From NCBI GenBank assembly GCA_035285545.1, contig JAYKGY010000150.1, positions 1-64,000 of the forward strand: a stretch of DNA of 64,000 bases. Reading direction: 5' to 3'. A model generated the notes under the pieces. It searched no databases. It was not told the origin of the DNA and was given only the letters and a program-made list of their open reading frames with translations. Both the position numbers and the translations under genes were made by a program. The stretch is from Snowella sp. (GTDB lineage: Bacteria; Cyanobacteriota; Cyanobacteriia; Cyanobacteriales; Microcystaceae). Below, piece by piece: positions 39,722 to 49,301 of the stretch. Position 1 is the first letter of the stretch. Each line of letters starts with the position of its first letter.

Positions 39722-40345
39722 ATGGAACAAACGGTTCAATCTTTAATAAAAGCCGTTGATGAAGCGGATTCCTCCGAAAAGTTGATCAATGCGGTGCGTG
39801 CCCTGGCTCAAGTGCGAGATGAAGCAGCGATCGCGACCTTAATGACGGTTTTACGCTACAACAATCCGGGGGCAGCCGTGGCAGCGGTAAATGGCCTCAT
39901 TAATCTAGGAGAAGTGGCCGTTCCCTATTTGTTGGAAAATATCGACGGTTATAACTATGGGGCCCGGGCCTGGGCGACCTGTGCTTTTGCCGGCATTGGC
40001 GATCCCCGTGCCTTAGACGTGTTATTGGATGCCACGGCCAATGATTTCGCCTTTAGTGTGCGTCGAGCGGCGGCCAAAGGATTGGGAAATTTAAACTGGG
40101 ATAAACTGTCTGAATCGGAGGCGTTCCCGAAACAACAACAGGTGTTATCTGCCCTTAGTTCGGCGGCCCAAGAGACGGAATGGGTGGTACGCTATGCAGC
40201 GATCGCGGGTTTACAGGCTTTTGCTACTAAATTGGCAACTTTTCGCTCAGATGTCATTAAGCAGCTAACCGAATTGAGTCAATCCGAAACAGAATTTATT
40301 GTCAAAAGTCGCATTGCTTGGGCCCTCCAAAACTTGCCGGTTTAA
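39722..40345 (+). CDS. cpcF: Phycocyanin alpha-subunit phycocyanobilin lyase CpcF (HEAT repeats)
   Basis: LRYNNPGAAVAAVNGL, IDGYNYGARAWA, SVRRAAAKGLG, EWVVRYAA. Confidence 0.88.
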   Translation: MEQTVQSLIKAVDEADSSEKLINAVRALAQVRDEAAIATLMTVLRYNNPGAAVAAVNGLINLGEVAVPYLLENIDGYNYGARAWATCAFAGIGDPRALDVLLDATANDFAFSVRRAAAKGLGNLNWDKLSESEAFPKQQQVLSALSSAAQETEWVVRYAAIAGLQAFATKLATFRSDVIKQLTELSQSETEFIVKSRIAWALQNLPV

Positions 40346-40500
40346 GTATCCGAGGACTGACTGCGATCGCGGCGGCACCGTTCGGAACAATATTTCACCT
40401 CATCCCAACATTTCGCCCATTTTTTGCGCCATTCAAAGGGACGCTGACAAACGGGACAAATTTTGCGGGGGAGATTGGATTTGGTATAGCGGGGGGTCAT
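40342..40500 (-). CDS. DUF2256 family small Cys-rich protein (52 aa; absent from the ORF track)
   Basis: Hand translation MTPRYTKSNLPRKICPVCQRPFEWRKKWAKCWDEVKYCSERCRRDRSQSSDT; its ATG overlaps the upstream stop (ATGA). Confidence 0.9.
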   Translation of the reverse strand: MTPRYTKSNLPRKICPVCQRPFEWRKKWAKCWDEVKYCSERCRRDRSQSSDT

Positions 40501-41222
40501 TGGGCAAATAACGCTAAGACTTTATGCCAAGCATCCTGGGCCGCTTCTGGGTGGTAACTTCCTCGGCGATCGCAGAAAAAGCCATGATCGGCCCCTGGGT
40601 AACGGAAGATTTGGTGGGGAATCTGGGCTTCAGTCAGGGCTGCTTCAATTTTTTCGGTATCTAGGACGGGAATACTGGCATCTTCTAATCCAAAGAAGGC
40701 ATAGATCGTGCCTTTAATATCCGGCGTTTTGGTAATCGTTGGTTCTGTTTCTCCTGGTGCCCAGTGCGGAATGCCTGCGCCGTAAAAGGAAGCCGTTGCT
40801 TTAACCGCCGGTAAGGTCGCCGCGAGATAAACCACTAATCCCCCGAAACAAAAGCCAATGGTTCTGATCCCCGCTTTTTTGACCTGGGGCAGGGTGTAAA
40901 GATAGTCAATGGTCGCTTGAATATCACTCAGTAATTCAGTCGTTTGCGTTTGTTCTTTGTATTTCCGACCTTCGGCGATCACTTCGGGGGTGTAACCGGT
41001 TTCAAAGTTTGGGGCTTGACGTTGATAAATAGCGGGCGCGATCGCCACGTACCCCTCTTGGGCAATGCGTTCTGTTACGTCTCGAATATGTTCATTAACG
41101 CCAAAAATTTCTTGGATAACAACCACAGCCGGCCAAGTTCCCTCTTCTTTCGGGGTCGCTAGATAGGCCGCGATCGCCAAATCTCCATTGTGTACTTGAA
41201 CCCATTGGCTATGAATCTGCAT
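40497..41222 (-). CDS. Dienelactone hydrolase family protein
   Basis: QEIFGVNEHI, GFCFGG nucleophile, SFYG, ADHGF; start placed at MQIHSQ. Confidence 0.93.
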   Translation of the reverse strand: MQIHSQWVQVHNGDLAIAAYLATPKEEGTWPAVVVIQEIFGVNEHIRDVTERIAQEGYVAIAPAIYQRQAPNFETGYTPEVIAEGRKYKEQTQTTELLSDIQATIDYLYTLPQVKKAGIRTIGFCFGGLVVYLAATLPAVKATASFYGAGIPHWAPGETEPTITKTPDIKGTIYAFFGLEDASIPVLDTEKIEAALTEAQIPHQIFRYPGADHGFFCDRRGSYHPEAAQDAWHKVLALFAQ

Positions 41223-41406
41223 ATTAAAAAGGATTTGTAAGATTGATGAGATTTTTGAAAAAATTGATTTTATTGATTTCAAAAACTAATTTAAGGGTTG
41301 ATGATTAATCTCTTAAACGCCAAATTGGGCTTATCTACCCATTCAATTTGATTCGCTCAAAATCCCCCTGAAAACTGTAAAAAAATTTAAGGATTTCCCC
41401 TTTCCC

Positions 41407-41643
41407 CTAGTCATCTTCCCAAGACTCTTGGGCTAGTAGGTCAATAATACGGTCTCTGAGCAAAAAATCGCTAAGTTCAAGTTCCCATTCTACCCTGGGC
41501 CATTCTCGCGCCGGAATATACTGGCATAAGGTAAAAATCGGCTGTTGACGGTCTAATTGCCCTTGACGGACGAGTTGCAAGGCCGTTTCTTTGATTTGAT
41601 CAATCGAATACTGAAGCGGCTTTTCTAGGCTCGTATTAAACAT
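41407..41643 (-). CDS. DUF4327 family protein
   Basis: QYSID.IK..A.QLV..G...RQQPI.TLCQYIPAREW..VE.ELE..DFLLRDRI.DL pattern. Confidence 0.85.
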   Translation of the reverse strand: MFNTSLEKPLQYSIDQIKETALQLVRQGQLDRQQPIFTLCQYIPAREWPRVEWELELSDFLLRDRIIDLLAQESWEDD

Positions 41644-41908
41644 AAACTTTCCAAAACTTGCGAGAAAAAAAGACTCAGTTCAATGAAAACTGGGAGGTCT
41701 TTCAATGCTGAATTTTTTACTTTTTATAATTATCGGTTAGAAGCACAACATAATATTCAATTCGTCAATATTTTAAGGTTTATTTAAGGACTAACAGAAT
41801 AGGTACTTGCATTCATGTGAAGTTAACGTAACAATTAAAAAAGATACTTATTAACGAATCTTAACAAACTTTTTTGAAAATGACCCTTGAAGGAGTCGAG
41901 AGTTGGAT

Positions 41909-42799
41909 ATGACAACGCGATCGCTAACCGCTGCAACTGCTTTGGAGCCGATGGAGTGGCATTGGCAAGATTACCCCATTCGCTACACCGTTCAAGGGCA
42001 AGGCAAGCCGATAGTGCTGATTCATGGATTTGGCGCATCCATTGGTCATTGGCAGAAAAATATTCCGGTCTTAGCTGAGCAGGGCTATCGAGTTTTCGCG
42101 ATCGATCTGTTGGGATTTGGAGGATCTGCTAAACCGCCCTTAAATTACACCTTAGACCTCTGGCAAGACCAATTACAGCACTTCTGGCAAGTTCATATTC
42201 AAGAACCCACCGTGTTTGTCGGCAATTCCATTGGGGGATTACTCAGCTTAATGATGTTAGCCCATTGTCCTGAACTTTCGGCAGGGGGCGTTTTACTCAA
42301 TTGTGCTGGGGGCTTAAATCACCGCCCGGATGAACTCAATTTCCCCTTGCGTTTAGTCATGGGGGGATTTACCAAATTAGTCAGTTCTCCCCTGGTTGGT
42401 GCGTTTATTTTTAACCGTATTCGTCAGAAATCTCGGATTCGCCAAACCCTCTATCAAGTTTATTGCGATCGCGAAGCGGTGACCGATGAACTCGTAGAAA
42501 TGCTCTATCAGCCCTCCTCCGATCCGGGTGCCCAAAAAGTTTTTGCTTCGGTCTTAACCGCTCCCCCTGGCCCCCAACCGTCTGAATTATTACCGAAGAT
42601 TGACCAACCCTTACTGGTTCTTTGGGGAGAAAGCGATCCCTGGACACCGATCGCCGGAGCAACCCTCTATCACCAACGGGCACAAAGCGATCCGCGCACC
42701 GAATTTTATCCCATTCCCCAAGCCGGTCACTGTCCCCACGACGAAAAACCCGATCTGGTTAACCGATATATCTTAGATTGGTTAGCTAAATATCATTAA
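41909..42799 (+). CDS. Alpha/beta fold hydrolase
   Basis: LIHGFGAS, DLLGFG, GNSIGG, GHCPHDE. Confidence 0.93.
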   Translation: MTTRSLTAATALEPMEWHWQDYPIRYTVQGQGKPIVLIHGFGASIGHWQKNIPVLAEQGYRVFAIDLLGFGGSAKPPLNYTLDLWQDQLQHFWQVHIQEPTVFVGNSIGGLLSLMMLAHCPELSAGGVLLNCAGGLNHRPDELNFPLRLVMGGFTKLVSSPLVGAFIFNRIRQKSRIRQTLYQVYCDREAVTDELVEMLYQPSSDPGAQKVFASVLTAPPGPQPSELLPKIDQPLLVLWGESDPWTPIAGATLYHQRAQSDPRTEFYPIPQAGHCPHDEKPDLVNRYILDWLAKYH

Positions 42800-42818
42800 T
42801 TTCGTTTAAAAAATAATA

Positions 42819-43043
42819 CTAGGAAGATTTTTCGGTTATGGAGGCTTGCAGTAAACGGGGCAACAGAATGAGGAAGTAAAACCACCACAGGCTAATCCCC
42901 AGACTGACGAGAAGCGTCAACCAAAGGAGTTTAAACAGGAGCCAACTCCCGACTATCATCCCAATTCCGGTTAACAGAATCGTCCAGGGTTGGCACCACC
43001 AGGGTTTATATTGCCACAAGTTAAATTTTGTTTGGTCTGACAT
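42819..43043 (-). CDS. Small conserved membrane protein (DUF6737-like)
   Basis: KPWWCQPWTILLTG motif plus TM segments. Confidence 0.8.
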   Translation of the reverse strand: MSDQTKFNLWQYKPWWCQPWTILLTGIGMIVGSWLLFKLLWLTLLVSLGISLWWFYFLILLPRLLQASITEKSS

Positions 43044-43235
43044 TATTATTCAAGAGGGTTCAAAAATACAGTCTTATTCCACTCTACCAAGTTCATCTTG
43101 AAATTTCCCTAGAAATCTCGATACATTACGCCATTAGATAGAAGCAATTTGACGCAATATCTATTTAAGTTAGACCTATAAATACTTGAATAGATGAGTT
43201 TGAAATCCGTCTCTGCTTAGGATTTTAGAGGTTTA

Positions 43236-44267
43236 ATGAATCATCCGTTACTCGCATTAACCGTGTGGAAAAGAGCAGCAGAAAATATTCAGGAAATGAT
43301 TAATAATGTCATTGTTAGATTACCTGATATTCTTTTGGCAATTATCGTTTTTTTGGTTTTCTATTTTACTGCTAGTAAGCTTAAATTTTTAGTTAAACGA
43401 TTAACCAGCCGTTATCGTCATGCTAGAAATTTAGGGATTGTGTTAGGACGGTTGACCCAAGGAACCACAATTTTAGTGGGATTATTTGTTGCCTTATCGA
43501 TTATTATTCCGACTTTTAAAGCAGGGGATTTAATTCAACTCTTAGGAATTAGTGGGGTTGCGATTGGATTTGCTTTTCGAGATATTTTACAGAATTTTTT
43601 AGCCGGTATTTTAATTTTATTAACAGAGCCTTTCCAAATTGACGATCAAATTGTTTTTAAAAATTTTGAAGGAACAGTCGAAGATATCCAAACACGGGCA
43701 ACAACGATTCGTACCTATGATGGTCGTCGCATCGTGATCCCCAATTCAGAATTGTTTACTAATGCAGTAACGGTCAATACTGCGTTTGAAAAGCGTCGTT
43801 TGGAGTATGACGTAGGCGTGGGCTATGGGGATAATTTGGAATTGGCAAAACGTTTAATTCTTGACGCAATACGCAGTGTGGAGGGGGTTTTATCCGATCC
43901 GCCTCCGGATGCGTTAGTGATGGAATTGTCCGAAAGTACGATTAATATTCGCGCTCGTTGGTGGATTCAACCGCCCCGACGGGCTGATGCACTCGATACC
44001 CAAGATCGGGTGTTAACAGCAATTAAAAATCAATTGACTGCCAATGGTATTGATTTACCCTTTCCGACCTATCAACTGTTATTTCACGACCAAACGGAGG
44101 AAACGGACGGCGATCGCGCTCGACAACGGGAAGGCTGGCCCAAAGGAAAAGGAGAGATCCCAAAAACCCGTTCCATTAGTGGCAGTTTGAAGCAATTAGC
44201 CCAGGCCAATCCAGAAAATACCTCGACCAACCATCACTCAGAGACGGACAATTATAGCGCGAATTAA
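43236..44267 (+). CDS. Small-conductance mechanosensitive channel (MscS family)
   Basis: GVAIGFAFRDILQNFLAG, IRTYDGRRIVIPNS. Confidence 0.93.
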   Translation: MNHPLLALTVWKRAAENIQEMINNVIVRLPDILLAIIVFLVFYFTASKLKFLVKRLTSRYRHARNLGIVLGRLTQGTTILVGLFVALSIIIPTFKAGDLIQLLGISGVAIGFAFRDILQNFLAGILILLTEPFQIDDQIVFKNFEGTVEDIQTRATTIRTYDGRRIVIPNSELFTNAVTVNTAFEKRRLEYDVGVGYGDNLELAKRLILDAIRSVEGVLSDPPPDALVMELSESTINIRARWWIQPPRRADALDTQDRVLTAIKNQLTANGIDLPFPTYQLLFHDQTEETDGDRARQREGWPKGKGEIPKTRSISGSLKQLAQANPENTSTNHHSETDNYSAN

Positions 44268-44342
44268 AGCCTATTTCCCTATTTTGTTCACATATTGATG
44301 AAATTAGCTATTTAAATCAAGAATGGGCGATGGGACAGCATC

Positions 44343-45317
44343 ATGCGTAGGTTGAGAGAGAGATTCAGAATTCAAATTACCTTAGAGGATTTTGACAATA
44401 TTTATCATTCGTTGATTGAAGACACATTGATCGATATCAACTATTTTGTGTTGATTTTAGGCTCGGCCATGATTGCAACCTTGGGGTTATTGGCGAATAG
44501 CGTCGCCGTGATTATTGGTGCCATGATTATCGCCCCCCTGATGTTACCGATACGGGTTTTTGCCTTTGGTGCGATCGCGGGTAATTTATCTCTTTTACGC
44601 AAAGGATTGGCCTGTCTCGTTGTCGGTACGATTTTTCCCTTGGGTTTAGCTTTTGTAATTGGCTATTTTGCGGGAATTCCAGCTTTTGAGAGTGAAGTGA
44701 TTGCCCGTGCTAAGCCCACCCTATTCGATTTAGGTATTGCGATCACCGCCGGTGGCATCAGTGGTTTTGCCAAGGTTCAACCCAAGATTTCTGCCAGTTT
44801 AGCCGGAACCGCGATCGCTGTCGCCTTAATGCCCCCCATTTGTGTCATTGGTTTAGGACTATCCCAAGCGAATTGGTCACTCAGTTTGGGAGCAACCTTA
44901 CTCTATTTTACGAATTTATTGGGAATTATTCTAGCTTGTATGCTGACTTTTTTATTAACCGGTTATGTTCCCTTTTATCGAGCCAAAAAAGCATTATTTT
45001 GGGCAGTTATTTTTACAATGATAATTTTGATTCCGTTAGCGATTAGTTTTATCGAACTCGTCAAACAAATTCAACTAGAAACCAATCTCAAAAAAGCCTT
45101 ACTTGATCGAACCATTACTTTTCATCGCGTAGAATTACTGAGGACTGACACAAACTGGTTAATGAATCCACCAGAGGTCTTATTAACTGTCAATACAAGA
45201 GCGACCGTTACCCCCAGACAAGTCAGCTTATTAGAAGATTTTATTGATCAACAGATGGGCCGACCCTTTAGGTTAATTTTTAAAGTCAACCAATTTGAGG
45301 AAGTCAGAGCTGATTAA
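44343..45317 (+). CDS. DUF389 family membrane protein
   Basis: AVIIGAMIIAPLM, AGTAIAVALMPP. Confidence 0.9.
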   Translation: MRRLRERFRIQITLEDFDNIYHSLIEDTLIDINYFVLILGSAMIATLGLLANSVAVIIGAMIIAPLMLPIRVFAFGAIAGNLSLLRKGLACLVVGTIFPLGLAFVIGYFAGIPAFESEVIARAKPTLFDLGIAITAGGISGFAKVQPKISASLAGTAIAVALMPPICVIGLGLSQANWSLSLGATLLYFTNLLGIILACMLTFLLTGYVPFYRAKKALFWAVIFTMIILIPLAISFIELVKQIQLETNLKKALLDRTITFHRVELLRTDTNWLMNPPEVLLTVNTRATVTPRQVSLLEDFIDQQMGRPFRLIFKVNQFEEVRAD

Positions 45318-45612
45318 AGCATGTTAAACCCGCGTTAAGTTTGATTGTGTTATTAACAGGTTTTATAACTTTTGAGGGAGGAATCCATTCCCATTAATTT
45401 GTCATGTTTAAGTTAATTAATTATTTTTATTGATGGCAAAATTCGTTGTAATCAAAGGCGGATTTTCGTAGAACCCCAAGCGATTAGGCTGCTGCTCTGT
45501 CCGGAATTTAACTGTAAACGCCTGCATTTAACTTTAATTTCAGTGAATACTACCATTCGGACTTAATCTGGCTGTGTCTAAGGTGAATAATGATTGTTGA
45601 GAGGATAAAGCA

Positions 45613-46536
45613 ATGAAAACGATGAACTCAAAGAAAACGATTTCGCTTATAGCTAGCTTAGTGGGATTAAGCTTATTCATTCCCTGGCAACGTTTACAGG
45701 CCCAAAATAAGGCTCCCTCTCTTTCCCCTAATTCAACTAATTCAACGGATCTGCCCAGCAGAGCGACCGAGACGGCCTATAGTCAATATATGAGATTGGG
45801 CTATACTGCTTTTCAAAAAGGAGAGGCGGAAACGGCAACGTTATATTTTAGAAACGCGCTTTATGAACGTCCCAATGATCGGGCTGCGACCATTGCCTAT
45901 TGGAATGCCAGAAATGCGATGAAGCGTCAGGCTAAACAGGAAATTACTCAAGCCTCTTCAGATTATGATCGCTATATGATGGCAGGCTACGATGCTACGG
46001 ATCTCAGGGATTATCCAGCGGCTCTTGATAACTTTAAACGGGCATTAGCCGAGCGTCCAGAGGATTTCTATGCAACCCAAGCATTACGAAATGTGCAAAT
46101 TTATATTGCTCGCGGGCAAGGTCAACCAGGTCTGAGCGATCCCCTATCGCCGAGTGTGATTTATCCGTTGGAATCTCCCTATAATCGTTATTTGCGGTTA
46201 GGATATTTAGCTCAACAACAAGGGAATTATCAAGCAGCAGCAAACTATTTTCGCAGTGCCCTCACCGAAAATCCCCGCGATCGCTATGCCACCCTGGCCT
46301 ATTGGAATGCGATGAATGCCCTCAGTGGAAGCAACTCAACAGATATCACCACAGATACCACCGCTACTGAATCCGATTATGACCGTTATATGAGGATTGG
46401 CTATGATGCAACGGAACGGGGCAACTATCAAGCGGCTTTAATTAATTTTCAAAGAGCCTTACAGGAACGTCCCAATGATTACTACGCGATTCAAGCGGTG
46501 CGGAATGTCCAAACCTATATTGTCGATAATCAATAA
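45613..46536 (+). CDS. Exported protein with four TPR-like units (ABAB duplication)
   Basis: Signal-like N-terminus; repeated Y.RYMR.GY.A...G.Y..A...F..AL.ERP.D units. Confidence 0.8.
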   Translation: MKTMNSKKTISLIASLVGLSLFIPWQRLQAQNKAPSLSPNSTNSTDLPSRATETAYSQYMRLGYTAFQKGEAETATLYFRNALYERPNDRAATIAYWNARNAMKRQAKQEITQASSDYDRYMMAGYDATDLRDYPAALDNFKRALAERPEDFYATQALRNVQIYIARGQGQPGLSDPLSPSVIYPLESPYNRYLRLGYLAQQQGNYQAAANYFRSALTENPRDRYATLAYWNAMNALSGSNSTDITTDTTATESDYDRYMRIGYDATERGNYQAALINFQRALQERPNDYYAIQAVRNVQTYIVDNQ

Positions 46537-46559
46537 ATTTAGCTAATCCAACTCCCAAC

Positions 46560-46976
46560 GTGAAGTTAGAACGGATTAGTTCATTCCCTTTTGTTTGTAA
46601 AAAAAATTCGGCCCGATCGCAAATGGCGGAAGGATTTGCCAAAGTATTCGGTAGCGGTAAGATTGAAGTCACGAGTTCCGGACTCGAAGCCAACCCCGTT
46701 CGTCCAGAAGCGATCGCCGCCATGCAAGCCATTGGTATTGATATTACGGCTCAAACCTCGAAAGCCCTGAGCAACTTTAACCCCGAAGATTTTGATGTGG
46801 TTATTTCCCTCTGTGGTTGTGGAGTCAATTTACCTGAAGCCTGGTTAACCAGAGAAGTCTTTCAAGATTGGCAATTGGATGATCCTGCCGAACAGCCTGA
46901 AATCTTCCCCAGGGTGCGAGATGAAGTGAAAGAACGAGTGATGGCCTTGATTGAGTCTGTTGCTCCATCATCCTAA
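46560..46976 (+). CDS. arsC: Arsenate reductase, cyanobacterial glutaredoxin/LMWP type; N-terminus atypical
   Basis: FVCKKNSARSQMAEG P-loop, SLCGCG Cys pair, DWQLDDP. Confidence 0.8.
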   Translation: MKLERISSFPFVCKKNSARSQMAEGFAKVFGSGKIEVTSSGLEANPVRPEAIAAMQAIGIDITAQTSKALSNFNPEDFDVVISLCGCGVNLPEAWLTREVFQDWQLDDPAEQPEIFPRVRDEVKERVMALIESVAPSS

Positions 46977-47081
46977 AATAATCCTCAAAACAAACTTCAA
47001 CGCTTTGAAGAAAGCCATCGAAACAAGCGTGAGGAATAGAATTAACCACAGTAGCCGCTAAACAGGGAGGAATAACGGGAT

Positions 47082-47204
47082 ATGAAAGAAGATTTATTAC
47101 CCTTTCTTGCAGGGGTTGCTTTGCTAGTGCTGTATCTAGTTTTCTCCGCTATGACTGAAATGGGAACTCGATGGCCGTGGAAAAAAGAGGAGCGCGATCG
47201 CTGA
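47082..47204 (+). CDS. 40-aa single-TM small protein (absent from the ORF track)
   Basis: MKEDLLPFLAGVALLVLYLVFSAMTEMGTRWPWKKEERDR; GGGAGG about 11 nt upstream. Confidence 0.65.
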   Translation: MKEDLLPFLAGVALLVLYLVFSAMTEMGTRWPWKKEERDR

Positions 47205-47244
47205 ATAAATTTTGCCCGCATTGAATCCTAAAACCTTTCGATTT

Positions 47245-47832
47245 TTACCCATCACTTTTAACCCACAGGGCTAACCCACCACCCCGACCTCTCGCAGCAA
47301 TTAGATCCGATTGAATGGCGAAAAACGCAAAAAAAGCTTGTTTAGCGATGCTGTTTTCATAAAACTTTTCTTCGCTGGCTTTACCCCCTCGGATATAGCC
47401 CTTGTAAATCGGAACACCTAAAATCTGAAACTGAATTTGGGTAAAATCAAAGGCCAACAAATTCTTCTTGGGTTGAAATTTAGCTGGCCCACTAACAGAA
47501 AGTGTAACAAGCCCCACTTGAACGACGTTATTCACCGTTCCCTGCTCTGCGGTCTTGGATTGAAAACTAATTGTAATTCTGATCGGCGCAAAAAGATAAA
47601 ATCCTGAGCCTAAAACAATTCCTGCTCGATTTTGAGCTTTTTTAGTTCCAGTAATAAAGCACAGCCGCCAAGTTCCCACCAGATCGGAAAACTGATGGGA
47701 CGGTTTTTCCTGTCGAGCTTGTTTTTCTAAATCGAGTAGGGCCGTTACTAGGTCAGCCGCAGGGGGTTTACTGCCTTTACCGTGAAGAAAAGATTGGGCG
47801 GCTTGTTGGAGGAGTAAGAGGGGTTGATTCAT
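47245..47832 (-). CDS. Conserved hypothetical protein, PAP/fibrillin-like
   Basis: LVGTWRLCF near the N-terminus and C-terminal ARGRGGGLALW. Confidence 0.7.
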   Translation of the reverse strand: MNQPLLLLQQAAQSFLHGKGSKPPAADLVTALLDLEKQARQEKPSHQFSDLVGTWRLCFITGTKKAQNRAGIVLGSGFYLFAPIRITISFQSKTAEQGTVNNVVQVGLVTLSVSGPAKFQPKKNLLAFDFTQIQFQILGVPIYKGYIRGGKASEEKFYENSIAKQAFFAFFAIQSDLIAARGRGGGLALWVKSDG

Positions 47833-47835
47833 GGT

Positions 47836-48897
47836 TTAGGTCAAGGCCGCTATGGATACTTTGGCGGCAATCTGTTGCGCGATCGCTGTTAACGCTTTAG
47901 CCGATGCAGACTCAGGATCACCTACCACAATCGGAATTCCACTATCTCCACCTTCTCTGAGGGAAATTTCTAAGGGAACACAACCTAATAGGGGAACATT
48001 TAATTCTTTAGACGCTTTTTCACCGCCACCCGAACCGAAGAGATCATAACTCCGCTCAGGCAGATCAGGCGGGATAAAATAACTCATATTTTCCACAATC
48101 CCCAGAACCTTAACCCCCATTTGTTGGAACATTTTTAGACCCCGACGAGCATCCAGTAGGGAAACGGTTTGAGGAGTAGTAACGATAACGGCTCCAGCCA
48201 TTGGAACAGCTTGCGTTAAGGTTAATTGAGCATCACCCGTTCCAGGCGGCATATCGACAACGAGGTAATCTAAATCTCCCCAAGCGACTTGATACAAAAA
48301 CTGCCGAATAATTCCATTCAGCATCGGCCCACGCCAAATAACGGGTTGATCGGGATCAATCAAGAAACCCATCGACACCATTTTGATCCCATGATTGAAA
48401 GCAGGTTCGAGAATATCGCCTTGAGCCGATTGTTGGACTTTAACTTGGGCTTCACTCAATCCCAACATGGTAGGAGCATTAGGCCCATAGATATCAGCAT
48501 CTAGTAAACCCACTTTTGCTCCTGTTTGAGCCAAAGCTACGGCCACATTAATGGCAACGGTACTTTTGCCCACACCACCTTTACCACTAGAGATGGCAAT
48601 AATATTTTTGACGCTGGAAATAGATTGGCGATCGGGTAAGGACTTTTGTTGAGGGGTTTCTGCGGTTACGTCCACTTTCACGTTTTCGACACCAGGGAGT
48701 TTTTTAATGGCTTTTTGACAATCTTCTACAATAAATTCTCGTAACGGGCAAGCAGGCGTAGTTAAAACGAGGGTAAAGCTGACATCTCCGCCCTTAATTT
48801 GTACATTGCGGATCATGTTGAGTTCAACAAGGCTTTTCTGCAATTCAGGATCTTGTACAGGGCGTAAGGTGTCTAATATCGTTTGTGTATCAAGCAT
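47836..48897 (-). CDS. mrp: Mrp/ApbC/NBP35 Fe-S cluster carrier ATPase
   Basis: LTTPACP (DUF59), SGKGGVGKST, DADIYGP, WRGPM, DMPPGTGD, ENMS; start placed at MLDTQT. Confidence 0.95.
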   Translation of the reverse strand: MLDTQTILDTLRPVQDPELQKSLVELNMIRNVQIKGGDVSFTLVLTTPACPLREFIVEDCQKAIKKLPGVENVKVDVTAETPQQKSLPDRQSISSVKNIIAISSGKGGVGKSTVAINVAVALAQTGAKVGLLDADIYGPNAPTMLGLSEAQVKVQQSAQGDILEPAFNHGIKMVSMGFLIDPDQPVIWRGPMLNGIIRQFLYQVAWGDLDYLVVDMPPGTGDAQLTLTQAVPMAGAVIVTTPQTVSLLDARRGLKMFQQMGVKVLGIVENMSYFIPPDLPERSYDLFGSGGGEKASKELNVPLLGCVPLEISLREGGDSGIPIVVGDPESASAKALTAIAQQIAAKVSIAALT

Positions 48898-49134
48898 AAA
48901 AATAAATTTTTTAAATTCTGTAGGTGGTTTGCTACCCGACAAGGAGGATTGAGTCTTTATCAATTTTAGTCGTTTTGGGGTATCTTCGGATGGTTGACCA
49001 ATGATGAGTATCTTTGAGATTTTATCCCCTTACAATTTTTAATTATTAATAGATTAGACGGGTAAAAATTAAGTGTTAATTCTGATTAATTGCTGTTTTT
49101 TTACTATAAATAAAAAGCTACTTAAACGATTGAA

Positions 49135-49215
49135 GCAAAGGATTTAACAGTTTTAAATCCCTACGGAAACAATCATAAAAAACTTCGTAGAGCCATAATA
49201 CTATTATGTCCTTAT
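49135..49215. repeat. Two GTAG-type REP-like palindromes
   Basis: AAGGATTTAA-CAGTT-TTAAATCCCTAC and GTAGAGCCATAATA-C-TATTATGTCCTTAT. Confidence 0.55.
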
Positions 49216-49301
49216 CAAAAAGCCTATTTTAGTTTGAATTCAGTTAGCCCGTTCGACTTTAAAGTAATCTATAACTAAAGAAACCAATCTTTTGTCTCAT
49301 T

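Noticed and set aside
40299..40557. Two plus-strand ORFs (70 and 79 aa)
   Set aside because: Shadows of the minus-strand DUF2256 gene and the hydrolase 3' end.
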